The notes under the pieces: model-generated
Databases searched by the model: none
What the model saw: only the letters and a program-made list of their open reading frames with translations
What the model was told of the DNA's origin: nothing
Made by a program: the position numbers and the translations under genes
IMG/VR virus record: IMGVR_UViG_3300018933_000005
Location: 1-60,076 of that record
Direction: 5' to 3' (one strand)
Origin: a virus
Lineage: Duplodnaviria; Caudoviricetes
DNA: 60,076 nucleotides
In this document: positions 36,587 through 45,761 of the stretch, in pieces
Layout of the letters: every line of letters begins with the position of its first letter
Position numbering within the stretch: position 1 is the stretch's first letter

Positions 36587-37402
36587 TCAGTCGACGAGTT
36601 CGCCCTCGATGGGGCCCTCGTCGTAGTCGGAGGGCTCGGCCTGCGCGGTGGCCTGGGTGACGGTCGCCGGGCCGTTCTCGGCGGCGACTTCCTTCGCGGC
36701 GCGGAGCTGCTCCTTGCGCCACTCGGTGGAGGTGGGAACCCACGGCTCCAGGCGGCGGGCGACGGTCTTGAGGACCATCTGGTCGAACCACTTCGTCCAC
36801 GGGGACTTGGGGTGGTCGCTGCCGCGGGATTCCTTGCGGACCTTGTCGATGTAGGCGCGGTTGATGACGACGACGCGGGACGGGGTGCCGTCCTGGAAGA
36901 TGCCGTAGGCGTAGGCGCCCTTGACTTCGCCGCGGTCTCCGAACCAGTCGACCTCGTGGTAGGGGACGGTCTGCGGCCCTTCCCAGCGGGGCGGCTGGTG
37001 GTCGTCGACCTTGCCGGGTTTCCAGATGAACTCGTCGTTGGAGTAGACGACCTCGGCCTGCACGGTCTTGATGGCGCCGGCGCGGTAGATCCGCTCGACG
37101 ACGCCGCGGTAGCCCTCGATGCCCTGGACCTCGCTGCCGAACGGGACGAGGTAGTAGGACTCGGTGCCGGGCTCGTGGCCGAGGCGGGCGCAGTCGAGGA
37201 GGGCGTTCATCAGGGAGCCGGGGTTGCGGCTGGCTGCGGCGAGGAGGTTCTGGTCGCGGCGGAGGCTGCCGACGGCGAGCCGCATCCAGGTCTCGCCCTT
37301 GATGTGCTCGGGCAGGACGAGGGTGAAGTCGTCGCGGTACTGGCGGATGAGGGCTTCGGGTCCGTTGTCGCGGGTGGCTATGGCGTTGCTGATCTGGCTC
37401 AT
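36587..37402 (-). CDS. recT: RecT single-strand annealing recombinase
   Basis: SLMNALLDCARLGHEP...YYLVPF...GYRG...VYSNDEF...SPW..WFDQM..KTV.RRL. Confidence 0.93.
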   Translation of the reverse strand: MSQISNAIATRDNGPEALIRQYRDDFTLVLPEHIKGETWMRLAVGSLRRDQNLLAAASRNPGSLMNALLDCARLGHEPGTESYYLVPFGSEVQGIEGYRGVVERIYRAGAIKTVQAEVVYSNDEFIWKPGKVDDHQPPRWEGPQTVPYHEVDWFGDRGEVKGAYAYGIFQDGTPSRVVVINRAYIDKVRKESRGSDHPKSPWTKWFDQMVLKTVARRLEPWVPTSTEWRKEQLRAAKEVAAENGPATVTQATAQAEPSDYDEGPIEGELVD

Positions 37403-38274
37403 GCGGTGGTGCTCCTGTAGGGCTGGAGGGATCGGGTGGTGCCGTCGGGGTTGACGGTGCGGTAGGCGATGGTTCGGCCTTCGCAGACGGCTCTGCGGCC
37501 GTTGCCGATGGCGTCGAGGACTTCGGCGCGGACGGCGGTGAGTTCGGTGGTGGCGGCTTGGTGGGCTTGGTAGGCGTCGTCCCAGCGGCGCACGAGACCG
37601 AAGGGGATCTCGACGTCGACGTCTTCGAAGCCGTCGGGCTGGCGGCGGATGGTCTGGTAGGTGGCGTCGGCGCCGTCGATGGGGGGCCGGTTGCCTTGGC
37701 GGACGTCGTCGAGGAACCGCTGGGCGGCGTCGCGCATGATCTGGGCGTCGGTCTCGTCGTAGTCGACGGTGTATTCGCGGTAGTCGTGGCCGGCGATGAG
37801 GACGGCGACATCGGTCCGCTGGTAGCCGAGGACGTCCATCTGCCACTGGATCTGGCACTGGTAGTGGATGGGGACGCCGGTCTCCCAGTCGTCGCCGGTG
37901 GGTGAGGTTTTGAGTTCGACGAGGCGGTCGTCGGCGATGCGGTCGGGGGTGGCGCGTTGCCATTCGCGTTCGCGGTGGTGCCAGGTGCCGGTGGTGTGGA
38001 GGGTGAGTTCGGGGTGGTTGTCGGCGTACTTGGCGGCGATGGCGGGTTCGAGGCGGAGGCCCCACTCCATCGCGGGGTTCTGTTCGAATGGCGGGGAGGG
38101 CAGGCCGGCTTTCTTGTGCCAGAGGGAGAAGCGGGATTGCCAGGGGGAGAGGCCGAGGACGGCGGCGATCTCGGTGGCGGTGATGCACAGGCCGCCGCGG
38201 GCTTTCTCCCATTCGGGGGTTCCGGGGGTGAACTGGCCGAGGAGGACGCCGGTGGGCGCGGTCACGGTGGTCAC
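37399..38274 (-). CDS. YqaJ-family viral recombinase exonuclease
   Basis: TATEIAAVLGLSPW, WG..LEP, ATPD, ELKT, Y..Q.QWQM. Confidence 0.93.
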   Translation of the reverse strand: MTTVTAPTGVLLGQFTPGTPEWEKARGGLCITATEIAAVLGLSPWQSRFSLWHKKAGLPSPPFEQNPAMEWGLRLEPAIAAKYADNHPELTLHTTGTWHHREREWQRATPDRIADDRLVELKTSPTGDDWETGVPIHYQCQIQWQMDVLGYQRTDVAVLIAGHDYREYTVDYDETDAQIMRDAAQRFLDDVRQGNRPPIDGADATYQTIRRQPDGFEDVDVEIPFGLVRRWDDAYQAHQAATTELTAVRAEVLDAIGNGRRAVCEGRTIAYRTVNPDGTTRSLQPYRSTTA

Positions 38275-38519
38275 TGGTCACCGCCGGCGATGCGCTGGAG
38301 GTGGGCGAGGCCGTCGGGGTCGTACTGCATGGCGGTGATGGCGGCGCCGTAGTCGGGGAAGGCGTCGGCGAGGCGGTGGAAGTTCGCCATGTCGGCGGCG
38401 CAGAGGGCGCGCATGAGGTGCTGGGTGAAGGTGCCGGGTTCGTAGCCGCCGCGGTCGAACAGCCACAGGACGTGGTTGGCGACCTCGGGGCTGATGACGG
38501 GCTGCTGAGTGTTCTGCAC
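38271..38519 (-). CDS. Hypothetical protein
   Basis: G.F...L..A...AD..N...L..AFP motif. Confidence 0.65.
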   Translation of the reverse strand: MQNTQQPVISPEVANHVLWLFDRGGYEPGTFTQHLMRALCAADMANFHRLADAFPDYGAAITAMQYDPDGLAHLQRIAGGDQ

Positions 38520-38591
38520 GGGCTTCTCCTTGTTGGTGGGGTCCGGCCGCCGCCGGCGTGGGTGGTGGCGGCGGCCGGAGACTGGGCGGGG

Positions 38592-39617
38592 TCAGGCGGT
38601 CTGCTTGTCCTCGGCGGCCTTCTTGGCGGCGCGCTTCTTGAGGTGGGCCTCGTACTCGTCGTGCCAGGCCTGCGGGTCGTGGCCCGCCTTCTTGGCCTCG
38701 TCCCAGGCCCACTCGCCGATCTCGCCGGACTCCAACTGCTCGGAGGTGTCGGCGAGCGTCTCCCGCAGCAGGTCGGGAGCAGCCTTCTCCATCGCCTTCA
38801 GCAGCCGGTACGCGATCCAGGCGTGGCCTCCGGCAACGGCGTAGGCAGCGATGGCGCCGGGATCGTTGGTAGCCATGCGGAAGACGCCGCTGGTGGAGCG
38901 GAGAACCTGCTGGAGCAGGTCGGCGGCCATGTCGGGGACGACGTTCTCCTTCTCGGCGAGCTCGGCGTGCTCGTGGTGGTGGAGGGTGTCGTCCTGCTCG
39001 ACCTTGTCGCCTCCGCCGAGGCTGTCGGCCCAGGTGGCATGGTCGTCGGCGAGGCTGTAGTCGACGCGGGCGGGCATCTGCATGCCGAGGAAGTCGTGGC
39101 CGATGACGACGAGGGGCTTGGTGGGGGCGGCCTGCCAGGCGCGGAGCTGGCGTCCGGCGTGCTGCCACCGGGCGAGGTAGGAGGAGTCGAAGCCGCTGTA
39201 GGGCGACTGGCCGGGGTCGGCTTCCAGGGCAGTGCGGATCATGCCGCGCCAGTCGGGGAAGTCGAGAGTTCCGGCGGGGACAACGAGCTTGCTGCCTTCG
39301 CTGCTGAACGTCAGGCCCTCGGTGTACGGGGAGATGTGCACGTACTTCTCGCCGTCGAGGTTGTCGACCCATGCAGTCAGTGCGGGCAGGTCATTGAGGC
39401 GGACGGTGAGGGCCCAGACCGGGTCGTTGCTGCGGGTGCGCTGGCGGGCGACGGCGAGGGTGTAGCGGTCGGTGGCGACGGCGTGGAGGTGGCGGCCGTC
39501 GTAGTCGAGGTGGACGCCGCGGATGGCGGCGTAGCCGGAGTGGCGGCCGATGTGCGGGTCGACCTTCCGCAGGAGGTCGCCGAGCTGCCAGGCGGTGAGC
39601 GTGGTCGTGGTGGTCAC
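38592..39617 (-). CDS. Beta-clamp (DnaN)-like domain protein
   Basis: IRGVHL...LHAVATDRYTLA...FPDWR...GF...YL...MP. Confidence 0.7.
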   Translation of the reverse strand: MTTTTTLTAWQLGDLLRKVDPHIGRHSGYAAIRGVHLDYDGRHLHAVATDRYTLAVARQRTRSNDPVWALTVRLNDLPALTAWVDNLDGEKYVHISPYTEGLTFSSEGSKLVVPAGTLDFPDWRGMIRTALEADPGQSPYSGFDSSYLARWQHAGRQLRAWQAAPTKPLVVIGHDFLGMQMPARVDYSLADDHATWADSLGGGDKVEQDDTLHHHEHAELAEKENVVPDMAADLLQQVLRSTSGVFRMATNDPGAIAAYAVAGGHAWIAYRLLKAMEKAAPDLLRETLADTSEQLESGEIGEWAWDEAKKAGHDPQAWHDEYEAHLKKRAAKKAAEDKQTA

Positions 39618-39734
39618 TTCGTGTTCTCCTTGGGTTGTGGCCGGCCCGCCTGCTGGCGTCGGGCGGGGCGGCCGGTTTGGTGCGTCTGCCGCCGGGCCGG
39701 TGTCATCCCGGCGGCAGACGCGGTCACGGGGCGG

Positions 39735-39971
39735 TCAGGCGGCGGGGCGGCGGGGCCAGGGGGCGACGGTGTCGGACTCGTCGTCGCCGGTGGGCGTGCA
39801 GTTGGGGCACTCGTTGCGGGCGTCGGGCAGCGGGCGGCCCTCGATGACGGCCTGCACCTCGGCGTCGGTGACGTCGCCGATGAGGTGGCCGCAGCCGTTG
39901 CAGGCGCGCTGCATGGTCACGGTGGTGGAGCCGTCCGGGTTGCGGCGGTCGGGCGTGCGGGTCCGGGCCAT
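39735..39971 (-). CDS. Small Zn-finger protein
   Basis: CNGCG...ECPNC. Confidence 0.65.
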   Translation of the reverse strand: MARTRTPDRRNPDGSTTVTMQRACNGCGHLIGDVTDAEVQAVIEGRPLPDARNECPNCTPTGDDESDTVAPWPRRPAA

Positions 39972-40300
39972 CACGCGGCTCCCTTCCGGGCGGCGTGGTT
40001 GTCGCTGGCCTGGGCGGTGATGCGGGCGGGGCAGAAGCGGGCGGCCTGCCCGGCGACGAGGTCGATCCACATGAAGTGGCCGTGGGTCATGCCCTTGCCG
40101 GTGACGAAGATGCAGTCGGCGTACTCGGGGTGGCCGAGCTTCTCCAGCACGGGGCGCAGGTACGGGATGGCGTGTTCGGCGACGGCGCGTTCGAAGCCGG
40201 TGCCGCGCCGGTCGTCGGCCGCAGGGTCGTAGTCGACGGTCAGGTCCGGGACGGGGCGGCCGTCGCCCAGGTGGCCGAACTCGACGTGGTAGGTGGTCAC
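39971..40300 (-). CDS. Hypothetical protein
   Basis: Coupled early gene. Confidence 0.6.
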   Translation of the reverse strand: MTTYHVEFGHLGDGRPVPDLTVDYDPAADDRRGTGFERAVAEHAIPYLRPVLEKLGHPEYADCIFVTGKGMTHGHFMWIDLVAGQAARFCPARITAQASDNHAARKGAA

Positions 40301-40533
40301 TGGTCGTCCCCGTCCTTGGTCGCGGGCGGGAAGGCGGCGTCGAGCATGCGGCGGATCTCGGCCGCGTCCCGCTCGTCGAGGTCGCGCTCGAAGACGGTCC
40401 GGGAGGCGCCCTGGTACTTCGGGCCGTACAGGCGGTAGCCGGTGCCGTTGCCGTCCTGGTCGAGCTGGGTGAGCTGGAGTTGGAGGGCTCCGCCGGGGTT
40501 GCAGTGGAGGCCGATCACGAGGCGCTTAGGCAT
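40297..40533 (-). CDS. Hypothetical protein
   Basis: GYRL.GPKY motif; RBS. Confidence 0.6.
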   Translation of the reverse strand: MPKRLVIGLHCNPGGALQLQLTQLDQDGNGTGYRLYGPKYQGASRTVFERDLDERDAAEIRRMLDAAFPPATKDGDDQ

Positions 40534-40639
40534 GGGTGTTCTCCTTCTGGAGGTGTCGGGCGTAGGCGATGAGGGCTGCTCCGGTGGCGGCCATGACGGC
40601 TGCCGCCACCGGGTGCACCAGGCGGGCCAGGACGGTCAC
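40526..40639 (-). CDS. 37-aa hydrophobic peptide
   Basis: GTGA-coupled; MTVLARLVHPVAAAVMAATGAALIAYARHLQKENTHA. Confidence 0.4.
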   Translation of the reverse strand: MTVLARLVHPVAAAVMAATGAALIAYARHLQKENTHA

Positions 40640-40863
40640 GGGGCGGCCCGGTTGGCGAGGGTGAAGTAGCGGCGGTTCCGGTCCTCGTGGAGGGTCAGCA
40701 CGCCGCGCCGGGCGAGGGTCTTGAGGTCGCCGCGGGCGGTGGCCCGGAACGGGGCGTCGTGGCCGGCGCGGGAGTACAGGCGCTGAACGCGCTGGGTGGT
40801 CCACTGGCCGCCCTCGCGGCGGATGGCGTCGGCGAGGAGGCCGAGGCGGGTACGGGCGCTCAC
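40636..40863 (-). CDS. Winged-helix-like small protein
   Basis: TARGDLKTLARRGVL. Confidence 0.6.
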   Translation of the reverse strand: MSARTRLGLLADAIRREGGQWTTQRVQRLYSRAGHDAPFRATARGDLKTLARRGVLTLHEDRNRRYFTLANRAAP

Positions 40864-41141
40864 CGGTCCTCACCGCCGTCGATCACGTCGATGTGGGTGA
40901 GGGTGATGCAGGCGCTGTGACCCTCGACCCAGACGACGTCGGTGTGGCCGCTGAGGACCGTGGCCTTGCTGCGGGTGCGGGTGATGAGCCGCGTACACGG
41001 GTCGTCCTCGGCCTTCCTGGGGAGGCCCGCCTTGACGGCTTCGCGGTACCGCACGGCAACGGGGTCCTCCGGCCGCACGAACGGATAGGCCACGACCGGG
41101 GTACCGACCGGGTAGCGGGCGTTGAACTCGTCGGCGGTCAT
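40860..41141 (-). CDS. Conserved phage protein
   Basis: FNARYPVGTPV...TRS.A.VLSGHT.VVW. Confidence 0.7.
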   Translation of the reverse strand: MTADEFNARYPVGTPVVAYPFVRPEDPVAVRYREAVKAGLPRKAEDDPCTRLITRTRSKATVLSGHTDVVWVEGHSACITLTHIDVIDGGEDR

Positions 41142-41734
41142 CGCTGCTCACCCGCCTCGGCAGCCAGGCGGCGCACCTCGTCCTCGGCGTTCTGCCATGC
41201 CGTCAATACGGCGTCGGCACCGTCGCCGGAGATGTCGCGGTCGGCGTACTCACCGGCCAGTCGCTCGTGGCGGTCGGCGAGTTGGTCGGCGGCGGAGTCG
41301 AGCACGGCGGCGTCGTGGCGGGCCAGAACCTCGGCCGCCTGGTCCGGCTGGGCCTCGACGCCGAGCGTGGCCTGCCGGAGCAGCCACAGGGCGCCGAGAG
41401 CGGCGGTGCCGGGGTCGTCGTGGTCGTATGCGAGGTTGGCCAGCGCCGCGCGCCCCTCGACGGCCGCCCGCTCCAGCTCGGCGACACGGGCCCGCAGCCG
41501 CTCCACCTCGCCCGCCTGCTCCGCAGACCGGGCGTCAGCGGAAGCCATGGCGCGGGCCCACTCGTCCGCGATCTCCTGCTGCTCAGCGTCAGCCACCGCC
41601 ATGTAGGCGCGGAGGGCGTTCCGGTCCACCTCTCGCCCGGCGGCGAGAGCAGCGGACTCCCAACGCTCCACGCGCGCCCGGTACTCGGCCTCGCGTTCCG
41701 GCGACAGCGGGGCGGGGGTGCGGTTCTCGCTCAT
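41138..41734 (-). CDS. Hypothetical coiled-coil protein
   Basis: ATGA-coupled. Confidence 0.6.
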   Translation of the reverse strand: MSENRTPAPLSPEREAEYRARVERWESAALAAGREVDRNALRAYMAVADAEQQEIADEWARAMASADARSAEQAGEVERLRARVAELERAAVEGRAALANLAYDHDDPGTAALGALWLLRQATLGVEAQPDQAAEVLARHDAAVLDSAADQLADRHERLAGEYADRDISGDGADAVLTAWQNAEDEVRRLAAEAGEQR

Positions 41735-42069
41735 CGGGCACCCGCCTCGGAGTCGTGGCGGACGGTGTGCGTACCGTCGGCAAGGCGGACGATCGTGTCG
41801 CCGAACTTCGCGACGACGTGGTGCGGACGGTGGCCGATGCGGAGTCCGGTGACGGTCAGGCGGCCGTCCACGGTCTCCCAGTACGGCTTGGCGAACTGGT
41901 CGGCCCGGTCGAGCCAGTTGTCGACCTCTTCGATGTTGTCCGGGGTGAGCTGCCGCTCGGCGACCGGCTTGGCGTCGGGCTGGCAGGGGACGAGGTTGGA
42001 GTGCGCGGGCTTGCCGCAGCCGCAGCGGTAGCCGGGCGGGCCGTAGGCCAGCGGGTCGGGAGCGCTCAT
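41731..42069 (-). CDS. Hypothetical protein flanked by 23-bp direct repeats
   Basis: CGCTCATCGGGCACCCGCCTCGG at 41728 and 42063. Confidence 0.6.
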   Translation of the reverse strand: MSAPDPLAYGPPGYRCGCGKPAHSNLVPCQPDAKPVAERQLTPDNIEEVDNWLDRADQFAKPYWETVDGRLTVTGLRIGHRPHHVVAKFGDTIVRLADGTHTVRHDSEAGAR

Positions 42070-42473
42070 CGGGCACCCGCCTCGGTGCCGGTGCCGACGA
42101 CGGGCACGGCGGCGACCCAGTACTGGGTCCAGGAGAACCGCCCGCGGTCGCCGTAGCGGGACATCAGCCGCCACTGCTCGCCGGGGCGGTGCTCGTCCCA
42201 GCGAAGGGTGTGGGTAGTGCCGTACTCGGTCTTCCGGCGCACGGCCTCCGCCTGCGCGGTCTCCAGCGACGAGGCGACCGCCAGCGGGGTGTCGCCGATC
42301 ATGACGACGAAGGAGGTCGCGGGGAGAACCGCGTCCAGTGCGGCGTCGGTGATCTCACGGGCGACGCGCTCGGGGATCTGGCCGCTGTAGATGGAGTTCA
42401 GCTTGGCGACCGCCGCGTCATAGGCGGCTTCGCGGCCCGATGCGGGTTCAGGCTTCTGGGATGATGTGGACAC
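42066..42473 (-). CDS. Hypothetical protein
   Basis: GTG 42473 after GAGGA. Confidence 0.6.
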   Translation of the reverse strand: MSTSSQKPEPASGREAAYDAAVAKLNSIYSGQIPERVAREITDAALDAVLPATSFVVMIGDTPLAVASSLETAQAEAVRRKTEYGTTHTLRWDEHRPGEQWRLMSRYGDRGRFSWTQYWVAAVPVVGTGTEAGAR

Positions 42474-42574
42474 GTGGTCCTCGCTCTCTCTCGCAGGTTG
42501 GTTGCGTGTAGAGGGGTGGAGTGCGGAGGCCCCGGCTGCCGGGATGCGCCCCGGCGGTTGGGGCCGCACGCCGC

Positions 42575-42931
42575 TCAGGCGGCGGACTTGACCGGCTTCG
42601 CGTACTTGTGCGGCAGCCGCTCGTCCTGCTCACGCACCCAGCGGATGTGGGCGGCGGTCATGCGCGGCGACTTGCCGACCCGCGTGTGCGGCAGTCGGCC
42701 GTCCTGAATGCCCTCGATGACCCAGTTCTCGGTCTTGCCCAGCAGTCGGGCGGCCTCAGCCGGCGTGTAGCACTTCAGCTCCACCTCGGCGCCGGAGGTC
42801 CCGGCGGACAGGCGGTCGAGGACTGCGGTCGCCAGTTGGTCGGCGAGCTTCTCGGCGAGCCGCTCGATGAGCGTCATGTCGACGGTCGGGCTGGCCTCGG
42901 TGGGGGTGTTGGCCAGGTCATTCCTGGTCAC
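42575..42931 (-). CDS. Excisionase-like HTH_17 protein
   Basis: YTPAEAARLLG....WV......RLPHTRVG. Confidence 0.75.
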   Translation of the reverse strand: MTRNDLANTPTEASPTVDMTLIERLAEKLADQLATAVLDRLSAGTSGAEVELKCYTPAEAARLLGKTENWVIEGIQDGRLPHTRVGKSPRMTAAHIRWVREQDERLPHKYAKPVKSAA

Positions 42932-43133
42932 GGGGCTTCTCCCTTGTGATGGATTCGATCTGCACGTTCAGCTCCTCGGCGATGCGGCGGATGGTGCGGT
43001 CCCCGGCTCCTCGTTGGCCGGACTCGATCCGGGAGAGGTGGCTGGGGTGTATGCCGATGAGGTCTGCGAGCTGCCTCAGGCCAAGTCCGCGGGCCTCACG
43101 GAAGTCCCTGATGGCGGCTCCGTTCGGTGTCAC
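42918..43133 (-). CDS. Cro-like XRE regulator
   Basis: IRDFREARGLGLRQLADLIGIHPSHLSRIESGQR; divergent from the repressor. Confidence 0.85.
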   Translation of the reverse strand: MTPNGAAIRDFREARGLGLRQLADLIGIHPSHLSRIESGQRGAGDRTIRRIAEELNVQIESITREKPRDQE

Positions 43134-43139
43134 GTCACA

Positions 43140-43375
43140 TAACTTAGGTGCTTAGTTGGGTGAAAGCAAGGCGTGCTGCGGGATTACTTGGGTGTACCTC
43201 GGTTGATCTTGGGTGAAGTGCTCCGGCGTGTGCGACCCTGCGACGGCGCTGCATCGCCGTGCTCCGGATTCAAGAAGTAGTCAAGTAGGCAACAAAAAAC
43301 ACCCAATGAGCCCGGTCGTTACAGGTCAATTGGGTGCCCCGCTATGTCAGTGTTGCCTAACCTGCGGCATGATGG
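43140..43375. promoter_or_regulatory. Immunity switch region with repeated TTGGGTG operator half-sites
   Basis: TTGGGTG or CACCCAA five times, plus TTAGGTG, in an AT-richer intergenic region. Confidence 0.65.
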
Positions 43376-43379
43376 CCGC

Positions 43380-43883
43380 ATGAGTAGGGACTGGACGCGC
43401 CTCCCGGCCGCCATCCGCACCGCCCGCAAGCGCCTTGGCATGACTCAGGTCGAGCTCGCCGAAGCCGCAGGTGTGAGCGAGAGCACTATCCAAAACCTGG
43501 AGAGCCGCACCCACAGCCGCATGCCCGCGAGCATGCCGAAAGTCGAGCGGGCTCTCGGCTGGGCGGCCGGCTCCGCCCGCGCCGTCGTCGACGGCGGCGA
43601 GCCCATCCCGCTGCAGGAGGAGCCCGCCGCCGAGGTCACGGACCTGACCGGCACCGGCCTGCCGCTGCGGGTCGTGCAAGAGATGACCGAAGGACCACTG
43701 CTGGACGCGACCGTCCTCGACCTCACGCCGCACGGCTCCGACGCCCGGATGATCGTGGTGGTGCGCGGCAAGCCTGACGCCTCCCCGGAGCAGATCCGCG
43801 CCGACCTCCTCGCCTGGGAGAAAGCCCAGCGGCGCCTGCGGGAAGCCGGCCAGGACGACGAAGGCCACGTGAACGAGGCGTAA
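43380..43883 (+). CDS. Immunity repressor (CI-like XRE HTH), probably leaderless
   Basis: IRTARKRLGMTQVELAEAAGVSESTIQNLE...VERALGW..GS; CATGAT -10-like box just upstream of ATG 43380. Confidence 0.85.
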   Translation: MSRDWTRLPAAIRTARKRLGMTQVELAEAAGVSESTIQNLESRTHSRMPASMPKVERALGWAAGSARAVVDGGEPIPLQEEPAAEVTDLTGTGLPLRVVQEMTEGPLLDATVLDLTPHGSDARMIVVVRGKPDASPEQIRADLLAWEKAQRRLREAGQDDEGHVNEA

Positions 43884-43985
43884 CGACCCGTCGGACGATT
43901 CCTACCTCTCCCCTACCGGAGAGTTCTGTGCTCTCATGGTCCGATACCAACGAGGGGGCCACGCTCGGATGGTGATGGGGGACCG

Positions 43986-44201
43986 ATGCGGGTCCGGGTC
44001 ATACGTGCGTCAGGCATGCCGCACAACGTCAAGGTCTGACCCGGACCCGCATCGGCCGAGTTCATCCTCTACGTCGACGAGGAGATCATCAGCGACGAGG
44101 GAGCCCACTTCATCGAGTCACTGCTGAACACCACCGTCTGCCACTGGAACAGGACGCCCGCCCGGATCGAGAAACCGCACCTGCGGCTCCACACTGGATG
44201 A
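43986..44201 (+). pseudogene. Small gene interrupted by an in-frame TGA at codon 18
   Basis: MRVRVIRASGMPHNVKV*PGPASAEFILYVDEEIISDEGAHFIESLLN...; GC3-rich codons continue after the stop. Confidence 0.55.
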
Positions 44202-44279
44202 GGCAGGACGATCGCCGCCCGCGGCCAGCCTCCACCCCCCACGGCTGGCCGCGGGCGCTCCTATATGCAGGGGTGAGCA

Positions 44280-45539
44280 GTGGCATACGCAGAGCCGCGC
44301 GGCAAGGGCAGAGACGGGAAGATGCGCTACCGCGGCCGGTACAAGCTCCCGAACGGCAAGTACGGGTCAGTCAGCAGGGACGACAACGGGCAGCCCTTCT
44401 ACACCAAGAAGCAGGCCCGGCAGTACGCGGCCGGCCTGGAAGTCGACGTCCGCCGCAAGACGTTCATCAACCCGCGCGACGGGCGGATCACCGTCGAGGA
44501 GTGGGCCGGGCTGTGGCTGGAGTCCATCGACGTCGGCCCGTTGACGGAGAAGGACTACCGGCTGCGGCTGAGGAACCAGATCCTCCCGGAGTGGGGGCAG
44601 GCGGCAGTCGGCGACTTGGCGCCAGTGGCCATCGCCACGTGGGAGAAGAGGCTCCGTACCCGGGTCAGCAAGAACTACGCCGACGGGGTCATGTCCGTGT
44701 TCCGCACCATGCTGGAGGATGCGGTCGCCTCCCGGATCCGGGCGGACAACCCGGTCGCCGCCCGCAAGTCCGGGCGGCGCGGGAAGTTCAAGCCCAAGCC
44801 GAAGGAGAAGAAGGTCATCGCCACGCCGCGGCAGGCGCTGCTGATCGCCCGCAACGGTCTGGCGATGTACGGGCTGAACGAGTACGCGCTGGTGCTCACC
44901 GCGGCCTACACGGGCCTGCGGATCGGGGAGCTGGCCGGCCTGCACCGCAGCCAGCTCGCCCTGGAGGACACCGGTGCCGGGGCGCGGATCCACGCGCTCC
45001 ACCAGGCCCAGTATGTCGACGGCAAGCTGATCCAGATGGATGCGAAGTACGGGTCGGCACGAGGGCTGATCATCCCCCCGTTCCTGGCGGAGCTGCTGCA
45101 CGATCTGGTGGAGTCCCGGCCGCACGGGGAGTGGGTGTTCACCGCACCGAAGGGCGGCCGGCTGCTGCGGAGCGGGGACTGGTACACCGACATCTGGGGT
45201 CCGATGATCCACGGCCGTCCGTACCGGCCGGTGGTGCGCGGGGCGAAGGCCCGCCCTGCGGTGCGTCCGGTGCTGGGCGTGGCGGGGCTGACGCCGCACG
45301 GGCTGCGGCACTCCCACAAGGTGTGGCTGGACGAGGACGGGCACCCGCGGGTGGCGGTGGAGGAGCGGATGGGGCACACGCTCCAGGGCGTGGAGGGCAT
45401 CTACTCGCACACGACGCTGGCGATGGAGCTGAAGATCGCCGAGTCGCTGCAGACGCGGTGGGAGGAGTCGCTGCGGCCGGTGATCGACCGGCGCGAGTAC
45501 GGCCCGGCACCGGCCGCGGTTTCCTCCGCCGCTAGTTGA
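44280..45539 (+). CDS. int: Tyrosine integrase
   Basis: N-terminal arm-binding region, TGLRIGEL, HGLRHSH, RMGH, IYSH. Confidence 0.95.
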   Translation: MAYAEPRGKGRDGKMRYRGRYKLPNGKYGSVSRDDNGQPFYTKKQARQYAAGLEVDVRRKTFINPRDGRITVEEWAGLWLESIDVGPLTEKDYRLRLRNQILPEWGQAAVGDLAPVAIATWEKRLRTRVSKNYADGVMSVFRTMLEDAVASRIRADNPVAARKSGRRGKFKPKPKEKKVIATPRQALLIARNGLAMYGLNEYALVLTAAYTGLRIGELAGLHRSQLALEDTGAGARIHALHQAQYVDGKLIQMDAKYGSARGLIIPPFLAELLHDLVESRPHGEWVFTAPKGGRLLRSGDWYTDIWGPMIHGRPYRPVVRGAKARPAVRPVLGVAGLTPHGLRHSHKVWLDEDGHPRVAVEERMGHTLQGVEGIYSHTTLAMELKIAESLQTRWEESLRPVIDRREYGPAPAAVSSAAS

Positions 45540-45586
45540 TCTCCCAGATTTCTCCCAGGGCGGTCTCCAGGTCGCCTTCCGGTGCG

Positions 45587-45625
45587 CGGCGGGTCCCTTC
45601 CTCACTTCGAGGAGGGGACCCGCCG
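45587..45625. terminator. Hairpin terminator between int and the attP gene fragment
   Basis: CGGCGGGTCCCTTCCTC-loop-GAGGAGGGGACCCGCCG. Confidence 0.75.
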
Positions 45626-45662
45626 AGTCGTTGATCTACGCGTGTTCTGCTGGCAGTCTAGG

Positions 45663-45761
45663 TCACCGGATCTGCATCCCCGAGATGCTGCGGGCGATGA
45701 CCAGCCGCTGGATCTCACTGGTGCCCTCGAAGATCGTGTAGACCGCCGCGTCCCGGTGCAT
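45663..45761 (-). other. 3'-end fragment of an acyl-CoA dehydrogenase gene (attP replacement sequence)
   Basis: Manual: MHRDAAVYTIFEGTSEIQRLVIARSISGMQIR*, matching the ACAD C-terminal signature RD...I.EGT.EIQR..IA. Confidence 0.85.
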
